From contig JBLDXI010000059.1 in assembly GCA_047495785.1 (NCBI GenBank), positions 62,001-126,000 of the forward strand: DNA of 64,000 bases, read 5' to 3'. Position 1 is the first letter of the stretch. Each line of letters begins with the position of its first letter. Of the stretch, positions 1-12,800 are shown piece after piece. Below the pieces are notes generated by a model. The model was not told the DNA's origin and did not search any database. It worked only from the letters and a program-made list of their open reading frames with translations. Source of the stretch: Lepidodermella squamata. Lineage: Eukaryota > Animalia > Gastrotricha. The translations under genes were made by a program, and so were the position numbers.

Positions 1-743
1 TCTGCGATGGTCAGACTTCAATCAACGCAGAAGATTGTTGGCCAGAAAATAACGAATGGGTTTGGAGCGTGTATTATGCCAATGCTACTGGTCTGTTTTA
101 TGACGAGCTCGAACAGATTGTCTCATCCGCTCCTTTGAAAGTTAACGGCAGAGAGCAGGAATATTACGGAGCACCCATAACATACTGGCAAAAGGTACAC
201 GACTATCTGCTAAAGGAAGGCGGTGGCCCGCGACGGTTGCTTGGAGGGACTGCAACCGCAGATGCTTATTATATTACGAGGAAGTACGTGAAGGAATTCT
301 TGCCGCTTCTGAATCTGTTTGCGGAGTAAGTGTTGCAATGACATGCGTTAACATCCGTCCACGTTTTCATTTCTATTAGGCATGGGGTTTGGTTAGAGAC
401 AGCGGTCGGCACAGCAATGAAAGTTCTGACCGACCCTGATGATATTCAGTACATCGATACGTATGCCCATGACTCGTATTTCGGCATAGTTCGTGGAAAT
501 CCGTTAGTGGAAGTTTACTCGCCGGGGCTTGAATTTATTCACCCGGTGAAAATGTCCTCAGTTTTGACAAATTCCCCTCGCCTTTCCAACATTAACCCAC
601 CGTCAACAAAGTTGAAGTCTACCTTATATTCGTCGAATTTCCACAAACAAAACATAGAGATGGGTTCAACATCAACTGCGTGTGTTTATTGCAATGTAGT
701 TTTCTTGGCAGAGCATTATTCACATGTCTTGCAAAAAAGATGA
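1..743 (+). CDS. 3' part of a DUF288/STELLO-like putative glycosyltransferase (5' end outside window; intron ~326-380)
   Basis: Frame is open from the window start. GTAAGT donor at ~326 and TAG acceptor at ~380 join ...ADAYYITRKYVKEFLPLLNLFAE|HGVWLETAVGTAM... followed by FIHPVKMS, resembling the DUF288/STELLO C-terminal 'D-x-YY-I...F...E-x-A-V-x-T...HPVK' pattern. Stop at 743. Confidence 0.6.
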
Positions 744-2515
744 ATATGACCGCAAAGCATTGTCGTTCGCTTTCCGGCTATTCATTTTCTTGTTATTCCG
801 GTTTTTAATGTTAGTTACATGAAATAATGTTTATATGCGGGTACCGAAGCAATCGGTAGTTGTTAGCTGTAAACCGGCAAGTAAAATATTACATGAAAAA
901 CGATATCCTTCTCCTTATAGCAGCTGATCAAAGTAAAGGAAGCGCAACCAACAATGCACCAGGATTCGCGGCGAGATTAGCGTCTAGTGTTGAAGAATGT
1001 GGTGGGGAAATCGAAGCGGGTCGATTCAAAGTCCTAACTTTACCCACATCGCCGCATTTGCCAGTGGAATATCGGAGTCCCAGACGGCCGTAGAATTCGG
1101 TTGAGATTCACAAATTTCAGCCTTGAATCGCATCAAAGGTGCATGTTCGATTTCGTTTACATGGAAATTCACCGATCAGCGCAGTTGATTGGTATATTCT
1201 GCGGCAATCAACTGCCTGACTATCGTCTATGAACAAAAAGTCAGTGGTTTTCAGCTCCGATTATTAGCGGTTGATTCTGGGCATTGTTCGATTCAATAGT
1301 TGGCTTCAATATTCAACCGGTTTTGGCAAACTCTCATCTGCTGTTCAACTGAAGCCCAAGTTATTTTCGCATCATTGAAATTAGAAATGGTGATTGACTT
1401 TTCTATCCCATTATTCAAATGTTTCATATCTTCCTTTGGCCATCGAATAGCCCTATATTAAGAATCATTGCAACCAGATTGAATAAAAGTTTAGCAACAA
1501 AATAGATTAATGCTACAACTCTCGATCCTCAGAGTAAAAAAAATCCTCAATTTGCGCACCTTCTTTCCATAGCTTCTTTGCTATAGCAGTTAAAACTGCC
1601 TGTTTACGTACCTCATCGCGAATTTTCTGCAGCTGTTTCAAGTTGTTTTTGTGCGGGTGGATAAGTAACTTCGGGGAGAACACCTCATCGTGGTAAAAAA
1701 CTGGCAGAAAAAATCGCGACAGCTAATATTAGCTAATCAAATAAGATGCTGCTGTGAAGATGCAGCCACCTATGATCAAGGAAAACTATCAACAGCAAAA
1801 TTGAGAGGACGAAAATTCGAAAGTAAACGGTTAAAGTTGAGAAATCACTGATAGATTCTTGTTGACTATTGGACTGAAATCCAAAACAATAATAGGAAAC
1901 TTTAGTTGTCAGTCCATCCTCAAAATGAGCTTAATAGCAACAATGTTGTTCCAATACCGGTCGCCCAGCCGTCCGACAAGCTCATATTTACATCAATTAC
2001 TTGAAGGTGAAAGATGCCATCTCACGACCATCTCGGCTCTATACTACGCGCGAATTAATATAAGTATAGTTATTCGTGCTCACATGTAGCCACTTCTTTA
2101 TGAGCAAATCTAATACTAATAGACTCGGACTAATAATTGCTAAACGGCAGGCTTTAACGTGCGAGATGTTAAATTTGATGGGCGCTTTGATTTCGCGCCA
2201 TGTTTGCCCACCTTGTGTTGTTCGGCCTCCAGTGCGGCAAGTTAATCAAGACACTACGGCGGCTGGCGGGTGTAACGTGGCGTGGGCAAGCGCCTCATAG
2301 TAGTAAGCAGGATCGGCCCCGTCTCTCGTAAACGCGACGAGTTCGAGAGCACGAAAGAGCACCGGTACTTGAAGTCTCCGCTACTTTATACTTGCCCGCC
2401 TAATTAAACGCGATTTCTTTACATTTTCATAGTCAACACCAGCTCGATGAATGATGAATGACGCCGGATTCTGCGATTTTTTTTTTACCATTAGGAATTT
2501 CGTTATAAGTGAAAA

Positions 2516-2924
2516 ATGTCCCGAGTCACAGCGTTGACCTGTTCCGTGGCAGTCGCTTTCGTTGTCTTAGCCTACATCGCCGTTTCAACTGATGCTTTGA
2601 CTCAATGCGTTCAATGCTCCAGCTCAACTTGCACCTCGGCACTGAAAGCCGACTCGTGTGGCCAGGCCTACAATTTCTGCTACAAAACCGTATTCGCCGT
2701 GGTGAGGAAGAGATGCGCCTAATTCACTAATTTTCTGTAAAAAAATTATTTAGGGTGGAACTGAAACTTATCTGAAGGGCTGTGCTGCCACTTGTACCCC
2801 CGAGAACGGAACCATAGCCTATACTTACTGCTGCCAGACTGACGGGTGCAACGCCGGTAACAGCGTTGTGGCGCTACCTGTGCTCACCGTTATCGTTGGA
2901 GCTATGGCATACTTCGCTCTATAA
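2516..2924 (+). CDS. Ly6/uPAR (three-finger) GPI-anchored protein, quiver/sleepless-like; exons 2516-2701, 2754-2924
   Basis: Signal peptide, then CVQC...C...C...CYK, a 52-nt GT-AG intron, KGCAATC...YCCQTDGCN (diagnostic CCxxDxCN) and a hydrophobic GPI-signal tail VVALPVLTVIVGAMAYFAL*. Confidence 0.88.
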
Positions 2925-3775
2925 ATCTCGCGTGGACATAATTTGAAGCTGCTTTTTAGAATTGCATATAAAAAAATGTCGATGTTTTTGTAAATTCCCC
3001 GTGTCCGCAAATTTCTTATAGGACTTACCTGCCAACGAATCGCATCTATTACCAATAATGAGTTATTTCAACGGCAAACGACGGAAAATGAATAAACTGA
3101 TAACGATTTTGTCCATCTGAAATGGATTACTGAGACTTACTCGAAGAAAGGCCGTTCAGCTTCGACTAAATTTCGTCTGCTCCTCCTGCGTACTCACTCC
3201 TGGGTTTTATTTTATGACGGACAATTGAACATTATTTTACATGGTTAATAAATACATTTCAGTTATAGGTACAGCATCAGCGTCTGAATACCAAATGAGT
3301 CATTTTTACAAGGAACCAAAATGCATCGCTGTTGGTGTTTTTCGCCTCCTTAAATGTTGAATTTTCAATGGTCAATCAATTGAATAGGAACAAATAATGC
3401 TGAAATATAAGAAACCAGGCAACGAACGATGAATGTCATGATGGCATTTATTGCAAAATTCATCGTAAAAAATTGTCTTCGAAATAAATAGAAATTTCGA
3501 TGATTGTTGCCATGGTGTGATTGCACATAAAAAATTGAGGCGATTTTTTGATGGAATTATTCAAAGTATTCAACCAGGAAGAAGAAGCTCAGCGATGTGC
3601 ACAATATTTTGCAATGAAAAATGCTAATAATAATTTCATATAATATTTCATAATCTCTTTACAAATTTGATTCGTGTTAACGAAGGCAATTGTACAATAA
3701 GGTTTTTTATAATACAGTCAAGGAATAAGTTTAATAATAAGTGCCGATCCAAGATTTATGATACAAGGCAGAATT

Positions 3776-4658
3776 TTACGATAAGCGAGTACGGCGAGCA
3801 GTGTAAGGGCTGGGAACGACGGGCGACGCGACTCGACGCAGGTACCAAACTGGCGACGACGGCGGGGTGATGTAGCTTTGACTTGGCACGAAAACATCGT
3901 CATCATCCTCGCTAACAACATCAGGCAAATCGATGGTATCCTCGCCTTCGTTGTGATTTTCGTAACGAGCGATGGCAATCAAGTGATCGGCCGATGAGAA
4001 ATCGTTCGAATGGCTTGACGCCACGCTGCTAGCAAATCGACAACGGTGATGCGATGGCGTTGAATGGGACGAGTTGAAGTTGGCCTCGCGCTGTTGCAGC
4101 CAATCGTAGAGCGAGGCGAAGATGAAACGGCGCACGACGTAGCCGAAAAGGCCGCAAACGAGCGTGGCAGCGCGTGTTCGAAACAAATTCGAGGCAATTG
4201 AGCCGACGAGTCTTAAACTTGAGGCGGACCAAGTCGATGGCCGTAGCAAGGTAAGAGCCATCGATGTAACAGTTGAATTAGCCGGCCCAGAGCCCACGCT
4301 ATCTACAGCATCCGAACTCTGAAAAATTACAAAAAATCAAATTATGAATTTAAAGTTTAATGTCGTAACTTACCGCGCCGTTTAGGGCAGAGAATATCGA
4401 AGAAACAATGGTGGTCGCCAATTGTTTAATTGCGGCGTGATCAGTTGAGGGATCGGCGTCGATGCGATCCGCCAGCAAGCGCATTCGCCGGCCGATTTCC
4501 GCGCAGCCAACGCGAATTCTGACTTGGCGCTCGTAACGATCCGCAACCTGCTGTAACTGCCAGCCGACGACTTGCGAGCCGGCGCAACACGCCGTCATGC
4601 CTTGACGGGCGACGGCGGCAACACGCATCGACGTGCGGTTACTTTGTCGATCAGTCAT
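3776..4658 (-). CDS. Divergent Bcl-2 family / BH3-containing protein (~275 aa); exons 4658-4374, 4318-3776
   Basis: A phase-0 55-nt GTAAGT...TTTCAG intron joins two ORFs in frame. BH3-like IGRRMRLLADRID and VGWQLQQVADRYE; BH2-like LYDWLQQRE; BH1 (NWGR) not recognisable. Confidence 0.6.
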
Positions 4659-7600
4659 TTTGTCACGAAAAATTAATCAGAATTAAGCAGCGACGTTTAT
4701 AGTTATAATTGTTATCTAAAACAAAAACAAAACAAGTTGAAGAAGGTGTTAATTAATCAAAAATGCACAATTATATTGAAAAAGTGGCGATATGCCCGCG
4801 GCGTGGTGATTTCGCATCAAAAATATAGCCACTTCGCGCGCGAAAAGCAAGTGAATGACAGTGATAAGGGGCTATTACTCGTTAAATAATAGCATGTGTT
4901 GAATGATTAATGATGGGTGAGCGCCTCGGAAGACGAGCGGCAGCTACAGGGTGCTCTTCTTTAAAGTTTAACGACACGCGTTCGCTAAATAAACAACGCT
5001 CAGCGTCAATAATTACGCGCGTTCACCTTAACACAACACGCGCGTTTTGCGCAACTACAAATCGCAAACAAATACTGCGGAATGAGGAGAGGATGCGCGC
5101 TCTAGTAGTCGATTTGCTTCAATTGCGGCGCGTACGGAACGGCAACATGGCGGCGCCGACAACTTCAAAAGCCGGCAAATTAACCTGTCAAATAAGAATT
5201 AACACCTGGTGAGCGATGATGAGCTCAAGAGCTACTATATCACCTATAATACAAATGAATTAGTACTATGATAATAGTAATAAGTTAATAACGCTACGGT
5301 GATGCACGCGCGCGAATGTAGCGAATGAAGAGCGACTGAAGAGCTCTCGTTGGTATAAGTAAATGGGATGTGTAAATCGCGATGAAAATAGCAACAATGG
5401 CGGAAGTCGTTGGCTAGTTGTGATTAAATAACGTAAATGCTGGTGTTATTATTGTGTATATAGATGAACAAGACAAATGATAGGTTTATTGCTGGCGATG
5501 AGAGCGCGCGCCGGGGATTAGCCGATTGCGCAACCGGCCGCGGGCGCGTAATCGAGAGAGCGCAGGTAATTGTTGTTTCAAATTACGCCACGACAAGTCG
5601 CGCGATTAACTCGGTCACGCGACAAGATCTTGCGACGAGTCGTCCGTAATAGCGGGCGTGGTGTTATAAAACCTGGGTGCCTATAGAAATGTCGCTCAAA
5701 CTATTTTATCCCAGCTTAATCACTTAAGCCGTGATTTGTAACAATGCGAATAGATAGGTCACTGGTCGCGTAATTATCAAGTGGTGCGAGTGACGCATCA
5801 CCACACCCGGGGCGCCGGTGCGTTAAAAGCGGCATGTCTCATGAGACTGACAAGTCGCGAGCTAATCATACGCTGCCGACGGCAAAATTTGGCGAAATGC
5901 GCGGTTCCGTCGCTAAATGATAGTTAAATAGCTGTAATTACAGAGCGGCGGTGATTTTGCGACAAAGACGCGATGACAGCCGCGAACGGGCCATCACAAT
6001 CACACTTGAGCAGGCAGGGTGGCTAACATGTTTGCCAAAGAATTCACGCCCGATAACCGCGGCCGCTACAGTGAGACGTCCTGCCGCGCGCGCGACAGAT
6101 ATATGACTATGCGGGTGTGAGAAGCGCAAACACATCATCTGGCACCTGATCGGATCCGCGGCACGCACTAGGCACTTGAAAATTCGCGCACAGGAAGAAA
6201 TATTTGAAAATTTCGCTAAATTCCTCAGCCAACAACGATTTTACGTAACTAATAACAAGTGGCTAATCACGTCGCTCATCACGCATCGAAATGATCAAGT
6301 TACACACACGTACGCTGAATCGCTAATAGGTAGATCACGTGCGCATGGCAATAACGTGTGCGCCAAATTGCTATACCATTACGCAATTTAATTGCCACTG
6401 TAGACGCGAAAGACATTAAAATTTAACGCACGACAGAGCAAGGAGAGCCTAAGGGAGTACACTAATATGCTGTCTAGTCGATGATTTACGATCGAGCGAG
6501 TTATAAGGAGCCTGTTAATTATACATGAAGCCAACAAATTTGTCACAAGGTTACCAAAATTATACACCTAGAACGCGCAGCTCAAGTGCGAGAAAAGGAC
6601 AAACTTTAAATGAGCAAATAACAACGACCTGGCGCGCTTTATATATAGTTCGGTTAGCTGATGAGATGGTCACAGATTTGGGCTGAAATCAAAACAACAT
6701 CGTCAAATAATTAGCAGCGCGAGCATTAAACCTGCCACCGTCCGGGCTAATGTTGTTTGCGGTGATTAGCTACTGCTATTTAGGTCGCTATCTGCGCACT
6801 GGCCGAGGCGACCCGCACGGTCGCGGAAGCGGCTGTCGCGCGCGTGACGGTGTCAATGGCAAATGGCGGGTGTCGCCTGTGATGCCGGCTCGTGACCGGA
6901 AATGATGTGGCGATGGCCATCTCGCCGGCGCGAGTGTTGCGCAATGCAAAGGCGCCGATCATCGATCGCACGCGCGTTTATCTCATTTCCCGGTTTTACG
7001 TAACACAAGCGCGCGCGCGATGACCAAAACAGAACACTCGGCGGCACAAGGCGAAAAAGTGCCAGCCGCGGGCGTCGCTCTACGAATTTTTCAAGTGTGC
7101 GAAATCTAATTAAATTTAGACACCCAGCCGAGCGCGCGCACGTATTTTTAACACGGAAAATTGGTGCGCAAAACAAAACACTCAAATGTGAGCGACTGCC
7201 GATTATTTTTCTCGAGTGACCCAACTGGTAGCGATGCCGTGATGATGATGGGATTAGGCGTGAAGGCAAACACGATAACTTGTCAGCGATTAGCACAGAA
7301 CCAATCGCCCGGTCAGCGGTCATCGGTCGGCCGTGTGCGACAAGTGTGCCGACGTGACTGCGCTGTTGGGCGTCGGCTTTCGTCGACGGGGCGCACGTGA
7401 TTTCTGCGCTTCGCCAGTGCGCTGCGCAAATACGCGTGCGCGGTGATCACCTTCGGCCGTAAAATAAGCAAGTCTAATGATGCGCAGTAAAACCATCAAA
7501 TTGCGCCGTTATATTATTATGGCCGTTGATGAGTCTTTAACTGTGATTAATTAGGGGCCTGGTAATAAGCTGACAGAAAGAAGTTCATCCCAAAACCCTG

Positions 7601-8143
7601 GGAACAAATGAACGAACTGAAACAACTTTTGCACTGCGCTTGAAAAATAAAAATAGCCAACCTGGAATTTGTACCTAATAATTTTCCGGTGTATGAGGGA
7701 TGAAGGGTGATATTGAAAACAAATTTATTGGCTGCACTCGATGCAGTGATGATCTGCCTGATGCAACATATTTTGCGTGACATGAAGCTATAAACTGCGC
7801 CTCGCCACAGTTCAGCTTCGTACTTCATGCACTGAAGTTGAAATGTTTTTACAAACTTGGTAGCACTTGCACGATGGAAGGACCTGCGATCAAATCATTG
7901 GGACCAAATATATCGATAAGCTAAGATAAAAAAAAATCTGGCCAATTAAGGAACCATTAAAACAGTAAATTTTAGCTGCAGAAAAACGTTACAGAGATAA
8001 TACACTTCATAGGTGATATCGTATCATATCGTTTCTGAGCGATCGGTTAATATCAGGCTCCGGATTTGATTGCTTCTTAACCCCATACATACTGTACTAG
8101 TAGTAGTGGGCCAATAAACAAATAATATCAAATCAACAGTAAG

Positions 8144-8434
8144 TCAATTTCGTCGATAAAAGGGCCAAGTGGGGATGACGTGACCTACAACCATTAAACT
8201 GGCGAGTACCATTATAACTGGAGTACGTTTTTTCGCCAGTGCGCCCTTGCAAGTGCAACAAAATATGAAAAATAAATCAAATATACCCATGTACTGATGG
8301 GCGCTGGTATAACCAACAATCTCTGTTGGTGTATCTTTTGAATATACTATACATATAAATTGCTCGGCTGATTTGTGGGCAATGGGAGCACTTTTACGTT
8401 TCATACCTCTTATATACGTTATACGTGGGAACAC
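8144..8434 (-). mobile_element. Possible degenerate SWIM-finger fragment of a Harbinger/ISL2EU-type transposon protein
   Basis: AHKSAEQFICIVYSKDTPTEIVGY...CTCKGA...VLASLMVVGH loosely resembles the 'SRH...L-x-I-x-Y...GWYCxCKxG...HVASVLWYLG' transposon SWIM region. AT-rich context with no clear gene model. Confidence 0.3.
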
Positions 8435-9802
8435 CGATGTACATATCGATAGATATAGATATATAGAGGGTGCATCTCAGGTTTCTGTTCCCCTATTGCT
8501 CGTAGTCGCTCCAAGACGCTGGCCTGACCTCTGATCTTGCAACGAACCGTAACCCGTAGAAGCCGAACGCCTCGCATCTCCTGTTCAAGTTGTTATTTGC
8601 CACAGTAGCCAAGACCGGTTTTTCAAAGGACTAACCGATGAGTTTTTCCACATGCTGATGATCAATTGGCCGCACCAGAGCTCTTTAATGAACAATGCCG
8701 CTATGGAAATTAGGCTGACGTTAATAAAACCATTCTTCGTCTTTTATTTCCCGATACTTGGATTTATATTATTTATATAAGTTGGCATCATAAGATTTTG
8801 ATAAACGTTATACAGATTTATCGAATATTATATTATTATAAATTTTCAATTGAGAATGACACAGTTTGAGACTTTGAGACACGGAAATCAGACCACATTT
8901 TGAACAAACATCTTCGCAATAACCTGATCAGTTTTACCGCCCTTAAAAGTTCATATCGCAATACCTTGCGGGCGAACTGATATACGAATGAGAAGCTATA
9001 TAGAACAACTTCGTTTAATTACAAAACTAAACACAATTATAGTTAGGCAGTTGGAACATGCTCTCGTCATTTTCACATTGATGAAGTTGCGTAACATAAT
9101 AGGTAAATTAGGTATACCTCAACTGTTACCTGAATGAAAAAGCTCAAATGATTGGCACAAACAATGAATGCCTACAGGTATATATCAAGACAGAAGAGAA
9201 AAAAATGCGGCGATGAGTAGATGGAACGCACGCTAAATTGTTTTGCAGCTCAAACTTTTAAGTCGAAGGCATATTCAAGAAGAAAGTTAAATGGTACAAG
9301 TATCGAGTATATCGGTATCAATTGATGGTGGCGCGAGACTAGAATACACGCAATCGCTAATTTACATTTCTGACGGCCGAAATCATTTGCAAAAAATATT
9401 TTTATAGAGATTTCACAAACGAGGCTATAATATATATGAAAAATGCGTACAAGAATAACATGATTATCTGACAAAAGAGATTCGAAAACGGAAGACTTGC
9501 GGCGAAGGATAACCGACTTCTTGGTGGCGGGTAGATATTTTTTCTCCAAATAATTCACCCGCCAATTTATATACGTAAACGTTGTGATTAAAGTTTACTC
9601 ATCAAGATCGACACAACTCTATTGATCTTTGCAATTTTTGCACAGAAAAAAGACATCAAGGATATACAGTAGAAAATGTACAAAATTCTGATTTAAAGAA
9701 GTCATTACACAAAGAAATTTGTTGCAAAATGTCATCTCTCATACAGCTTCATCTAGTAATAGGCAATTATAATTATTTCGAGTGAGGAATTTTATTGTTG
9801 GC

Positions 9803-12800
9803 TCAGCACCTTGTTGCTAAATTAACACGCTCCGTTGAACTTTTCCGCCGGCGTCTTCGACTCGGTGAATGTAGACTGTTAAGACACCTTTGTGGCGAAG
9901 TTAGGTTGGCAACGGAATCGCAGGATTGCATCGCTGTGGTTTGATGATTATGAGCCGAGTCGTCACTACTCGACGACTGAGGCGAGGTTAGCCAATAATG
10001 AAAGACTGCTGCTACGAGGAGCAAACCTCCAGTTACGACGCACTGATGGCCAATATCTGAAATCATTCCAAATTAAAACAGGTTTGACGCCTAAACCCCT
10101 GACCCTATAGCCTTAAATCTAGTCAAGCCCAAGCTGAACTACTTTTTTAGGGAAAAATTGTTCATTAAGATTCGAACCTTGGCGAGTAGTGGTCGCGGAG
10201 CCGCGTTTCTGGCCGTCAGCAGCTGCTGGCCGCTCGTTGGCGACCTTGCTAGGCGTAGGCGCCGCCAGTTCGCTGGCCGAATCGCCCGGTGTTGGGATCG
10301 CCTCTTCGTCGGCGATCTTAGGCGGCTGTTGCGGCTCGAACAATTCGTCATTGGCCGGCGACGACGGCGCCACTACATAGCCGGAATCTTCAGTCGCCGC
10401 CTGCCGGCTGTCGATGATGATGCTCGGCCGCCAGCCTGACGTAGTCAAACTGGTCGGGTCAACTCGAACGCTGTCAACAGCTCCACCAACTTCACTCGCT
10501 CCCGCAGTTGGCATCGGAGTTTTCTCTACAGCAATATTCAAATAAAAATCTAGAAAAATCTAAGAAAATCGAAACATACCCCATAGGTAGAATGATGCGT
10601 TTGCTGTAAATGACCGGCCGTCAGTTGCAGCGCAAGTGTAACTGCCGAAATCTGCATCGCTGACCAGTGGATCTATCGTTAGGCGAAGGACAGCTCGGTA
10701 AGCACTGCTCCGGCCAAGCCATTCGATGCGGTGGCGCGTCGACGAGGCCTGTTTCGAAACAGCTGGTGACATATTAGGCGAGGCGGCTGCCGATCGGCGG
10801 AGAGGAGGTGCCGAGGGCGGGGTGCCGCCATTGGTCAGCAACTCGCCGCGGAGAAACCAACCGGCCCATGAAATCGGGTGGCCGCTTATGCTGCAGTCAA
10901 CAGTAACCTTGCCACCCCGCTCGCGGCCTACATTTTCAGGATCAACCACGACAACGGGCCGAGCTAGAAGTAGCCAGTAATAATAACGAAAATGGCATTT
11001 GAAGGTCGAAACTTACCTATCACACTGACTTCGGTATCTCGATGTTCCGGTTCGCCGACTCCGTTCGATGCGCGGCATCGGTACCGTCCGAAGCAATCAC
11101 GAGTTACGTTGATGAAAAGAAGAATCTCCCCGTAATTTTCGCTGATTTCTGTAAAGCACAAAGGCTTGGATCATAGAAAATCTTTGTTTTAATGAACAAA
11201 CTGAGTTCTTCACGGTCGTTCAATCGGTACCATTCGACGCGTGGCCGTGGGTAACCCGAAGCGTTGCAGATCAATTTAAACGTTTCGAACTCATCAACCG
11301 TGACGACTGGTTGCGGAGCACTGACTATTCGAGCAGGTTCTATTAGGGAAAAACAATAAATTCAATTGTAACCCAAATTTCAAAGCTCATACCTTCCACG
11401 ACTAGGCTGATTTTGCCTGATGGCAAGTCACGGCTGTTGATAACGCAGTAATATTCACCAGCGTCTCGCCTGGTTGCGTTCTGGATGCGCAACTCCCACG
11501 TTCGAATCGACGGCCTGCCGACGGACATACGCCGGTCCGAGTAGATGAGCTTTTCATCGACTGCCAGCACGACGTTCTGGCCCCGGTGCCACGTCAGCTG
11601 GTGGGCGCCAAGGTAGTCGACGATGCATGTCAGAACGGCTGTCTCACCGGCGCGAACTCGCACGTCCTGCGTCGCGACATTCAGCTGTGGTGGAATCGTG
11701 CCTGGAAAAATTGAAATAAATCAGGGACTGAAATTGCGAAACCACCCAAGTCGAATGTCTTACTCTGAGCGTTAAATATCGGCAAAAATGCCACACAAAT
11801 GAGGTAGATTTTAAGGTGGAACGGCGACTTATCGCCGCCGTGCCCGAGCTGAGCCATTGTTAAAATCAAATTTTTCAAACTAGATTACGGTAGTGAATGT
11901 AATATAGAAAACAAAGGTATATAGATCGCGAAAAAATGCGGGTGATGCGGAAAATCGCAATAGCCATTACAGTAATTATAGGCCCTCTATAGGTTTGGCT
12001 AAAACCCGCCGATGTCCCGTGAGATTTTTATGCATCGCAGTTGGAAAAAATCGCCATAAAGGTGGACGAGCAAGATAAATTTAACGGTTAAATGGGTTCG
12101 TGTCAGGCGCATATCGTTCTAGAGTAAATACTACAAATGAAAAAGCGAGTCTTTGTCGTGATTAGAGGCCGGTATTAATTAATCATAGATCGATTTTTCC
12201 TGCTGTATTACACAGCAAAACATTCGGTGCGATGGAGGAGAAAAAATTGTGTTGTTCATTGTTGAGTATGTACAAATAAATAAATATTAATCGTGATGAG
12301 CGCGGGTGCGTCGACGGAAGGTCAAAGAGTTCGGGACGCTACGGTTGGCCGGGGCAAGTTGCTCGATAAACGAATTACTGCTCGGTGGCAAATTGGTTTA
12401 GTTGCAGCAACTGAGCACACAGCGATTGTCATCATCATCAGTAGCAGAGCAGAGGACAGATCTACTGATGTCGTCGCTTCGGTTGCGCTTGTAATATCGA
12501 TATATTGTCGCATTTATTGCCCAGGCCCATGGCCGGTTTTAATTAAGTGTATGGGGTGGTGGCGCGGACACAGGCCCACACAAGTCAGGCGGACGGAATC
12601 GTCGCCAGTTAACAACATTGTGCTGGCGAATTAGCGCGCCGCAACAGCAGTTGTTGCCAGCTAGGCTGCCTAAGCCGCGCCGTGTTTGCCCGCGACGAGC
12701 CTCGCATAAACACGCCCCGAGTGCCATCGAGGCGCGCGCGCCCATCTGTTGGCGCCACCAAAATAACAACACAACAACAAAAACACGCGCAACAACGCGA

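Noticed and set aside
12322-12513. ORF as alternative signal-peptide exon of the Ig gene
   Set aside because: No convincing phase-1 donor. The 16048-15904 exon has a better hydrophobic core and a matching GAG|GTAAAA donor.
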